From NCBI GenBank assembly GCA_028534125.1, contig CM052816.1, positions 33,420,001-33,484,000 on the forward strand: a stretch of DNA of 64,000 nt, written 5' to 3'. Below, piece after piece: positions 53,556 through 64,000 of this stretch (positions are counted from its first letter, which is position 1; the number at the start of each line of letters is the position of its first letter). Origin of the DNA: Lama glama. Lineage: Eukaryota. The notes under the pieces are model-generated. The model was not told the origin of the DNA and did no database searches. It saw only the letters and a list, made by a program, of their open reading frames with translations. The position numbers were made by a program, and so were the translations under genes.

Positions 53556-55571
53556 AAGTTAAATAAGTATAACCACAACACAGATAAACATCATGTGCCA
53601 AGTGGAAGGTTAACTTCATCTCAATTACAACATTTTTCATCTACAATTAAACAAATGTTACTTTCAGATAACTGGATATTAAATTTTCTTTTTCCTTTCA
53701 AGTAACTAACTGGGTTTCATTTTGAAATTATAGAAGGCATTTTTAATGAACTCAATATCCAGGGCTAAAGCCCAGATAATTAGTTCTTATTTCTCATTGC
53801 ATAAATGATTCAAAGAGTATTTTACATAATTGACTTTTTCAAAAACCCATGTCAACCAAATGAACGTGTCTAGATCCCATCATGTTTCCCACTGCACTAA
53901 ATCTCAATTCCAGAGATCCTTTGCTGTCATTTTGGATTGATCTTCAAAGACAATGGCTCCTAAAATTGTTTCAAATTTCATCTGCAAACTTTGTGACCTA
54001 TAGACAAATATCCATAAATAAATAATGATAAGTATAATAAAGGATTATTATTTTTAAAGGGAACATTGATTATTTCATAAAATAAAATATTCTGTGATGA
54101 TTATTATCACCTCTTCTAATTCTATATATTTGGATTTTTAAACACTAGGTTTTTAATAATCAAGGTATACCTGTATTTTACTAGTAAATAAGTTACATTT
54201 TAAAATAATAATTGGTTTTGATACATTTATAAGGTAACTTTGGAAACCTGAAAACTTTAGGCAGTTTCTAAAAATGTTTAATTCACAACCAAGTAGTTGC
54301 TTGGACACTGAGAGAATATGACCTACAAACATAAAATTTTAAAGACTTTCTTTCTGTCCAAAGTCAATGGTAGTTTAAAAGTATAAAGATCCCAAAGCTT
54401 TACAATTTAAGAATATTCACTCTTTAGTAAGCATCCTTACCTAATTCAAATGCCAGTAGATTAATTATATCAAAAGGTCTTCAAAATAAATGACTGTTAA
54501 CTGAAAAAAAGAGACTTCTCTCTCATATGAAAACCAACTAAATTTAATCTTTTTGCAAGCAAATAGCAGAAAGAAAAAATAAGTGATAGAGTGAATATGC
54601 AAAAACATTACAATGGCTTGTATTTCAATCCTGTCCTAAAAGTGAATCTAAATGTGTAAACGGAACCAAGTTTACGTAAAGGTAAATTTTGCAAGCCTGG
54701 TTAAAACAAGGCCTCAAAATGTAATGGGGAGAGAGCATAAGGAAGCTGGACGGAATGGAATTAAGTCTCCCTGAATTCGGAGAATCCAATTTACTTACTT
54801 ATTTTATGATCTCCAGATCCAGATTATCCCTATGAAAACTATACTTACCAAGAAAAATTCATCTTCCTACCTAGATCTTTCCCCACACTCTATTCAAAGA
54901 AAAATGACTTTTCCTCAAGGAATTTTAGTCCTAGGCACAAATAGAATAAAATCAGGACTCACAGCTCCTTTAGCCACTCCAATAAGAGTCTGATGAACAC
55001 CCAAGTGGAAAGAGATCAGCAGTTATCACTGGAGTCACTCTTTGTAAATTCTTATCATTTGAAGTTAGTTAAATGTACACATTTACATTCATTGTGACAG
55101 TTCAGTGTGTAAACATCTATGTTTTATCATTCTATCGAATGAGATGAGTTATACTCAAAAAAACTTTGGTTGCAATTCCCTAGTAAATACTCCTTTCCGT
55201 TATTGCTAGAAAGAGGTTTTGCTTGAGATAAGTAGAAGCAAAGCACATCGGTAGTCAAGATGATCTAGTGAGTAAAGGAGGCAAGCCACACTTCTTGCAA
55301 ATGAGATCTGAATAGGGCTGGTTAAAAAAATAATTAGCCACAAACCATTAAGTCCTGTATGGGTCAGCTCAAATTGCAAATCTGCAAATTATAAATTTTC
55401 TCAATGATAAATAAAATTTCTTATCTAAAATTATGGTCACTGAGTTCATGAACACAAGGACAGAGATGTTTTTAATCCACTTTGGCTCTCAAGAGATTTT
55501 GTTTTGTTTTGTATTCCTGAAAGTTAACTGGTCATTTTCATGCATATGTATTCAACTAAATCTAACATAAA

Positions 55572-55787
55572 ATAGACTGCGATTTCAAAATTGTAGAATA
55601 GATAAACAAGATTATACTGTATAGCACAGGGAAATATACACAAAACGTTATGGTAGCTCACAGAGAAAAAAATGTGACCATGAGTGTGTATATATCCATG
55701 TATGACTGAAAAATTGTGCTGAACACTGGAATTTGACACAACATTGTAAAATGATTATAAATCAATAAAAAATGTTTTAAAAAAAAA
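55572..55787 (+). mobile_element. Young LINE-1 3'UTR tip
   Basis: Closely matches 61844-62055, with AATAAA and A-tail. No TSD found. Confidence 0.92.
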
Positions 55788-56945
55788 GGAAGTTCAGATT
55801 TTTGTCAGGAGAATTCTCAGCACATGTTTAAAAAGTGATGTTAAAGCAACCTCATTTGCATTTGATTCCAACATTGACAATCCCATATTTTTTCATAACA
55901 TCTCTCTCAAGCTAATTTACAATAGGTTACAAAAGTTTAAATGGGTCAAATCCTTAAAGTGATGTGTTTAAGTTTGGCAGTTTCTATGAAATACTCAAAA
56001 ATAACCAAAAAAACAAAAAAGACAAAACTCATTATTTCAGTGAAAAAGTCAATTATATTCCTTTCTTCAGTAATTTATCTATGATATCTACCACAGTATC
56101 ACTATAGTATCAATGGCCAAGAAGCAGACATTGAATTAATAGATATTTTAACAAAAAGGGGAAAATAAGACATTAATTTTTTTTTCTTTGAGAAGAAAGC
56201 TTGGATAAAATGACTATTACTGCAAGGACTATCTATCCTTTTCATTAGTGACTCAGTTTTAATGAAAACATATATATCACCAGGTGCTTTCCTCAAAAAG
56301 AGAATTATAGAATCTCAAAATAACTCAAGCAACTAGAGGATGTGGAGAGTCATACTCCTAGATAAGGTAAAGTTTCAGATTACCAAGAAGGATAAATATA
56401 AGCATCTTAACCTGCAGCCAATCCAAATGTGCTCTTTCACTCTTGTATTTTTCACTCATATTAATAATGGTAGCAATTCTATCTCGTTTCACAAATCTTA
56501 TGAGCAAAGCAGTCCCATGATTAAGGCATTAGCATAAAATTGATCTATTATTTCCATGATTTCAGCTAACTTTGTTGCCTCAGGCTTTGTCTCATTTCTC
56601 CTTCTCTTTTCTCATTTTCTTTAACCTCTAGGTAAAGTGATAGATGAAAATGATAAGTGGGCAGGAGGTGCAAAAATAAAGGGCCTAAGTAAGAGCCCAG
56701 CTCTATCTGTCTCCGGGATGCAGCTGGGGCTGCTTGCAGGATAAGTCAGTGTATATGGACCCCATATGAAGTTCAGCATGATGTTGAACGAGTCAACTTA
56801 GCAACTGAAAAGAAAATCCTGCACTCTATCAAATATGGGGCATATGATTAGGAGTCAAAAAGGTTTCTAGAAAATATGTACATGGGAATAATCACACTGC
56901 AGAAGTCATCTGTTTCTATATTCTTCTGTTTTACAGCATTTAGAA

Positions 56946-57310
56946 CAGTATTGCTCAATAGAAACAAAATGCTAGCTATGAATGCGAGCCATAAATGTAA
57001 TTTAAAATTCCCAGTAGCCACATTTTCAAAAGTAAAAAGGAACAGGCAAAATTAATTTAGCAGTATATTTGATATTATCAATATATCCAAATTGTATACA
57101 ATATAAATTGGATTTATCAAAATATTGTCATTTCAATATGTAACCAATATGAAATTACTGAAGTACTTCACATTATTTTTTGTCCTTGTGCTGGTCTTGA
57201 AAATCTAGCACATATTTTACACTTAAAGTACATCTCAAGTTAGACCAGCCACATTTCAATTGCTAAGCAGCCACACACTTGGCAAGTTACTACTGTATTG
57301 GACAGCACAA
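56946..57310. mobile_element. MER33-like hAT-Charlie MITE
   Basis: caatagaaa...tgtaatttaaaatt..cagtagccacatt...agccacatttcaa.tgct...gtattggacagcaca. TSD-like atttagaa / gtctagaa. Confidence 0.8.
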
Positions 57311-59732
57311 GTCTAGAACTTTAGGCAGAACTCAGATTCTACTACTGTCACTAAGTATTTTGTCATTTACAATCAATTCTTTAGATTTTTTTTTTTAAGA
57401 AACTGCAAAAATAGGTATTACCACTATGCCTGGAAGATAAGTTCATTATTCAGTTCATGCCTTCACATGCTGCTACCTAAAACATCCTCTCATTTCCCCT
57501 CGTTTTCAAGTTGCACCCATCCTCAGAGTTACCTCTCAAATTTCCACCTCCTCCTATTGGCCTCCCACAAACACTTCAGTTCATTTTTCCCACCTATCCC
57601 CAAATGTTTTCTGCCCCTCTTGCTCTCCCAGTCCTAAGTACAAACCTCTTACCACCTAACACAGTTGTGTGTATTCATTAGGCCCTCAGTGATTTCATAT
57701 TAAATAAATGAAAAAGTCATTTGCACATTTATTTCCGCATTTAATTCTGGACTGTCTTGTACTATAAACATAAATAGGCATTTCCTATTCCTAAATTAAA
57801 TATTATTTTCCATAAAGCAAAGGCTACACTTAAATTTCTTATAATTATTGTAATCATCTGTCCTCTTCCAGGAATGAAACACTTCATAAAATCTTAGGGA
57901 AGTATAGTAACCCCTAAGCAGAACAGAGTCGTATTTCAAACTTCTCTTTGAGTTAGCAATGTATTTCCTCAAATGTCCTCTAAATAAAACCTTTTGTCCA
58001 TATCAGGCCCCACTCATTTTCTTCTTCTCATGTTACTCTACTTTTTTTTAACTCAAACCTGGAGCTTCCTTTGTCCTGTTAAAACATTGCTGGTAGACAG
58101 AAATACAGGAGCTGCACAAAACAAATAACAGCAGCAAAACATGGAACTGTTTCTACCGTGGGCCTGAACTATTAGTTGGGGTGATAAAAACGAGTTGAGT
58201 CATGATTCTCCACACAATCAACAATATAACTTTCTCTCCTCTATCTGAACAACAGTACAATCACACACATATTTGATCTTAAATATGGTCATAAGGAGGA
58301 AAGGATCAATAATACTGGATGCCATGGACTAAAATTTGCTCATTGGACCAGCTACTTAGAAAGTCAGTATTGATTTTAGTGAGAGTGGTTTTCTTAGAGT
58401 CCTAAGGAAAAAAAAGATTACAGAGGGATGAGGATTAAATGGAAGCTGAAAAAGTAGAGACAAAGTGACAAATAAGGGTTTTCAAAAAGTTAGTTGTTAA
58501 TGTTCCCCTCAGCCACCACCCTCCCAAAGCTTAAGGAAATGGCACAGTGTCCAAGGGCACTCTCACAGTCTCGCTCTCCATTGTGCGCTGGTCTGCATTC
58601 TGCAGCCCAGGCTTCCTTTTGACTCCACTTGGCTCCAGACCTCTCTACTTACCCACTCTGAGCTTCATTCTCCCATTTTCATCCTGGTCTCATCTTTTAG
58701 ATTTCTCTCTTGGCAGCAGCATTTTCTTAAGCCACAGTCTTCGTTTTTTACCTTGACAATAATCTGCATTTTTTTTAACCTGCTTATGCTAACTCAGGTA
58801 CCTCAGGTGAACTATGCTTCCATACCTGGGCCTTCCATCTACTACTGTCTGCTGTCTCTCATTCTACTCTGCTCCCATGGGCAATGACCCACCTGCATAA
58901 CCAGGACCCATGCATATGACAAGACAGATGGAAGGAGAAAGACAATGCAATTCTCTCACTGCACAGAGTACGATCATAGCTGAGTTCCCTAGCTATTCTT
59001 AGAATTCTGCAAAAGAGATAAAGTAGTCTAAACTAAGTGTATTGTGCATTAATTATATTTCAGTGAAAAGTGTAGTGGTCTTACTGCAAACTATTTCCTT
59101 TTGCTATTCTTGATTTTATATGGAATCTAATTTGATAATGCATCTTTGCGATATTTATTTATCTAGAACTTCGCCACACAATTTTTAAAAGGCCAATAAA
59201 AAATTTTAAAAATAAAAGATGTTGAAATATATACCATTTCCCAACTGTAAAATGTTCTTGTTATAGAGCAACTTTGAAAAATATTAAGCAATATTCCTAC
59301 TTCTTGGTATAGACATCTTAGAATAAAATTAGGCAATATTCCTACCTTAGGTGCTATGGGGAAAGCTGTACTTCATCAATTTAGAGACACTAACAAGCGC
59401 CAGACACACCAGAAAGGAAATAAAGCTGCAAATTATAAACAGGAGATGTCACTTGTGGTAAAATATATCCTAATTTCATTGATGTTAAAACACATAAAAT
59501 TTGTGTGTCTAATTATTGATGAAATACAGTATTTCTTAATGGAGCTCACAGAAGCAGACATACGGATGCCAAAATCAATCATCAGTGTATGCACGTCATC
59601 GGAGATGACTGCTCCAAACCAAGAGGAGTTGGCACTAGTAGGATGATGTGTGGCAACTGCAACATCCAGACATTCGTGTTGACATAAGTGGAAAAATGAG
59701 ATCTACTTCTCAGATCTGTTTGTCAGGACCAC

Positions 59733-59957
59733 CAGGGCCAAAGCCAGGGTGAAGAAAGTGAGACACTCACCCTGAGTGCAAAATTTAAAGTGGCAATGAA
59801 AACAATAATCAAGATTAATAATCTTTTAATGCAATACTTAAAGTGAACAGAAAAAAAACCACATTGAACAAGATACTAGAATTTTAAATAAAAACAGAGT
59901 CAGTATAGCTAAATTTCCTTTTGTCTCAGACTCTGATATGGCTTCACTAGAGAACTG
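59733..59957 (+). mobile_element. hAT (Tip100-like) MITE
   Basis: cagggccaaagccagggtgaagaaagtgagacactcaccctgagtgcaaaatttaa start. Exact family uncertain. Confidence 0.55.
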
Positions 59958-60828
59958 AAAACCACTTTCACGCGGATTTGACACAGTACCTTGAGCTATT
60001 TTTCCACACTTGGCTTAACTTTGGAGTACTACACTGAATTAGAAATGTCTAGACCTGCAGGCATTGGACCCATCACCCAATAGAATTTTCCAAGGGTTTG
60101 TAACAGTATCATAACAAAGCCAATACTCTGAGGATGCTGTTCTGTTTTTGTTTAAATTCCCACTCATTTGGTTATTGATATCTTTTCACCCCAGATCAAA
60201 TTCTTTCAAGCCATAGGTTATTCATCTATCTATGCTAATTAATAGTTGCCACGTATACATATGACTATTTTTTTGTGGAAGATATTTGGTAAAACAATCA
60301 CTGAATGGAAAAACAAATTTAAATAAGTGAAAAAAAGCAACTGACAGCAAAGATTAGAGCTAATTATCTTTCCCTTTTAAAAGATTTGCTGTACCAGGAA
60401 TTCTTGATTAGGACTTCCGTATGTATAAAGCCCACCCATGGAAACTTTCGTGACTGTTGGGTGGTATGTATGGGTGGTATTTAAAAAATTGCCTTCACTA
60501 GACTTAAACATTCCCTTACTTTTCCTGAAGGGGAAGCTTAACTTCTTCCAGAGGAAGCTTATGTTGAGCTGCCAGATGCTTCTTTCTCCAACAGCTAATG
60601 AACACGTATTGGTATTTGCCATATCCTCAGGGGTGGAGATGGGACATTGAGAGGGTGCCAAAAAGGCTGCTAATTTTCTAGAGGAAGGCGTGTGGGATGC
60701 TACTTGTTTTTGTTTTTTAGCAGGTGAATTTCCTAAAAGAATATTTAAGTTTTATCCTTCCAAATAAAAATGATTTTGAGGCCATACCCTTATTTAGTAT
60801 TATACCATTAATTAGTAAAATCATTAAA

Positions 60829-61191
60829 CATGAAATAAGCCAGAGAGAGAAAGACAAATACTTCATGGTATCAATTATGTGTGGAAACCAAAATAAATTT
60901 TTTTTAAAATCAAATTCATAGAAGCAGAGAGTAGAAAAGTAGTTGCCAGGAGTCAGGGGCTGACCGAAATAGGGAGAGGTTAGTAAAAGGGTGTAAGCTT
61001 TCAGCTATAAGATGAATCAGGTCTGAGGATCTAATGTAAAACACAGTGACTATAGTTAATAATACTGTATTTAATTGAAATTTGCTTAGAGAATAGAATT
61101 AAATGTTCTCACACACAAAAATATAAATACGTATGGTGAGGGATGTATTATATTAACTAAATGGTGTGACTCCTTTTACAATGCATACAAT
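60829..61191 (+). mobile_element. Older LINE-1 3' end (L1MA-type)
   Basis: tgaaataagccagagagagaaagacaaatac...tttcagctataagatgaat...aaatgttctcac. Confidence 0.85.
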
Positions 61192-61206
61192 AAAAATAAC
61201 GCAGGA

Positions 61207-62053
61207 TTCCTTCTGGATATGTGCCCAGGAGTGAGATTCCTGGGTCATATGGTAAGTCTATTCCTAGTCTTTTGAGGAATCTCCATACTGTTTTCCACAG
61301 TGGCCGCACCAAACTGCATTCCCACCAGCAGTGTAGGTGGGTTCCCCTTTCTCCACAGCCTCTCCAGCATTTGTCATTTGTGGATTTTTGAATGATGGCC
61401 ATTCTGACTGGTGTGAGGTGATACCTCATTGTAGTTTTGATTTGCATTTCTCTGATAATTAGTGATCCCCTACTTCACGATGACACCTGCACCCCAATGT
61501 TCATAGCAGCACTATTTACAATAGTCAAGACATGGAGACAGCCTAAATGTCCATCAATGGATGACTGGATAAAGACGTGGTATATTTATACAATGGAATA
61601 CTATTCAGCCATAAAAATAATAAAATAGTGCCATTTGCAGCAATATTGGATAGACCTGGAGATCATCATTCTAAGTGAAGTAAGTCAGAAAGAGAAAGAA
61701 AAATACCATATGAGATCGCTCATATGTGGAATCTAAAAAAAAAACCAAAAACACAAACAAAGCATAAATACAAAACAGAAATAGACTCATATAGACAAAG
61801 AATACAAACTTGTGGTTGTCAAGGGGGTGGAGGGTGGGAAAGGATAGACTGGGATTTCAAAATTGCAGAATAGATAAACAAGATTATACTGTATAGCACA
61901 GGGAAATATATACAAGATCTTATGGTAGCTCATGGAGGAAAAAAATGTGACAATGAATTTATATATGTTCATGTATAACTGAAAAATTGTACTCTACACT
62001 GGAATTTGACACAACATTGTAAAATGATTATAAATCAATAAAAAATGTTAAAA
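61207..62053 (+). mobile_element. Young LINE-1 with 5' inversion (inverted part 61207-61466, sense part 61467-62053)
   Basis: The - strand gives [16 protein letters not shown]...YPEG and the + strand continues ...[12 protein letters not shown] into the 3'UTR and A-tail. TSD aaaaataacgcagga (61192-61206) / aaaaagaacacagga (62054-62068). Confidence 0.93.
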
Positions 62054-63769
62054 AAAAAGAACACAGGAAACAGTTCCTATTTGAGTGAAGTCACTATGGT
62101 GAACTACACAGTAAATGAAGACCACTTGTAGGCTTAAATCTAATTTTTTAAAACAGCATGACCAACAAGAAAAAAACCAATATGTTGGTTTGAGTTATCT
62201 TGCTCCTTTCTCATTTCCTGCTCCTTCTGCTTCCCATACAACCAGACAACAGTTGGGAGCAGGTGGAACATGGCATCTGAATATTTTAAAATATTGTAGA
62301 TTTCTCCCACCAAGTAATTTCCAAGATAAACTTTGGAATCAAAGAGTAAATAGAGTATTCTTTCCTTTATGTTCCATGAACTGTAAGTCCATGATAGTTT
62401 TAATAAGTATCTAAATGTATTTGCTTTAATATAGGTAGAGCTTTTACAGATGCAAATCTGAGATGATTTCATCCTGCACACCACCACGAATTACGGTTTT
62501 CATATGCACCAAGCTGGAGGCTAAAGGATAAGCTGTTATAACTCAGCAATCATTTTAAGTCTAGAGTTCTTGAACTTAACTTGAACCAGAATTCAATATG
62601 CTTCATTTTCAATTTTTGAGTAGCAGAATACTAACAATTGATTTCAGATTGGGAAGTGAGAATGGCGGTGCATCTAAATGAGAAATCTGTTCAATATGGA
62701 GGGGCTTGGAAAACAGCCATACTTGTAAGATATTTATTGTTGGACTCTGCCCTCCCCCCCCACACACACATACTGTAGCTGTCTCCCTTTCCCACATTCC
62801 CACTTTTTTGCAGATATTCTGGCTCCCTTTTCTATTTCACAGTCTTAAATAGAAGGATAAAGGGGAAAAGCCAATTTGGAGAATTACCATAAAGAGTTAA
62901 ATCTGAAAGCCAGAATAACTGCAAATAGACCTTACTAAACCACAGCAGCTGGCAATATAATTTTAATTTGAAATTTAGATCTGCATAGATTTTTAAAGTC
63001 ACAGATTTCTAAAATGAAATTTGCCTCAATGTTTTATATGAAGAATTACTTCTCTTAATAGGTATCAGAGCTGTATGACAATCAGCTTTTTACCACTTTC
63101 AATTTAAAGTGAAAAATATAGCAGGTTCGCATGCTGAACAGAGCTTAGCAGCATCTGCAGCAATTTCATAATTAGTTACAATAATAGCTCAAATTTTTAT
63201 AAATGCAATCTGCTCTTAAAACAAGGAGGAAACACTCCAAAGTTTGGGCACATGAAACTCAAGCACCAGGGAATTCTGCCACCGGACACATTCAGTATCA
63301 CTCAGATGCTCTTCTGAGCCCTCACTGGATTCTCTCCAAAACACTATAAATCAGTAACATTTGCAACATAATACAGAATGTGCATCAGTTTTCGTGTTTC
63401 TGCAGCTTAGATAGTACTAGTATTCATATGGTATCACCATCTTGCTTTTGTACCCGAATAATATATATCTCAACCATGATTCTGAAAACCCTAGGATGAA
63501 AGCAAAAGAGGGAGAATGTTTGTGGGTTGTTCTTTCTAATTTAATATCTTACATTATGTTAAATAAAAACAGAGTACAAAAATGCATATGCCCTAATGCA
63601 GCTATTTAAAATTATACACATGTGGATGCATAAAATAACTAAAAGGTATTGTGCAAAACTAAGTATGATGTAATTAGTGGTGATTTTTCCCCAAACTTAC
63701 TGATTATAAGTAACATGCTTACAATTATGAGATTTGTAGAGTTAAATGCCCACAAGTCATTTATGTAGT

Positions 63770-63900
63770 TCTTAATTTTCCTAGCATAAAACTATAAGGG
63801 GATACCATTTCTATTTCATTCATAACAATTGTGAGCTCTTTATATGTATTTGTTTGAATGCATGAGTGAATGAATAGCTGAGTGAATAAATAGATAAATA
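63770..63900 (+). mobile_element. L2 3' tail
   Basis: tatttgtttgaatgcatgagtgaatgaat tail. Confidence 0.45.
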
Positions 63901-64000
63901 CAAACCAGTGAACAAACTTTCCACTATTTTCAAAAAAGCAAATCATTTAAAAAATTACAATAAGAACACAAGGACATCAAACTGGACAGCTACATGTGAA

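Larger units (their letters stand above)
27473..64000 (-). other. CAMK4: CAMK4 intron 1 (partial; exon 1 and promoter lie beyond the window)
   Basis: Upstream of the exon 2 acceptor. No exon-1 coding sequence or CpG island seen. Confidence 0.85.

Noticed and set aside
1..64000. CRISPR arrays, tRNA/rRNA/snRNA genes, CpG-island promoter, processed pseudogene, calspermin promoter
   Set aside because: None recognised. There are no regular repeat-spacer units or CpG island, and calspermin derives from the 3' part of CAMK4, outside this window.

Overview
Eutherian mammal genomic DNA, AT-rich and CpG-poor. It is probably camelid, inferred from the LINE-1 3'UTR types and the absence of recognisable primate, ruminant, pig or carnivore SINEs. 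The whole window lies inside CAMK4 (Ca2+/calmodulin-dependent protein kinase IV), transcribed on the - strand. Three short coding exons with canonical GT-AG sites are visible: exon 2 (27472-27394), exon 3 (4709-4647) and exon 4 (2689-2607). They encode the kinase N-lobe from the Gly-loop end through the catalytic Lys, alphaC and hinge. The rest is intron, filled with LINE-1 copies of several ages, L2/MIR relics, MaLR solo LTRs and hAT/mariner MITEs, plus one 500-N gap. Almost all listed ORFs are L1 ORF2 debris or chance ORFs. I found no support for a new gene system. The best second-look items are unusual retrotransposition events: an L1 3' end fused to about 340 bp of non-L1 DNA inside one TSD pair, an L1 piece truncated at both ends that splits a MER45A-like element, and a twin-priming inversion. 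A MADE2-like hairpin with symmetric arm changes is also notable. Repeat family names come from remembered consensus sequences and need Dfam/RepeatMasker confirmation.
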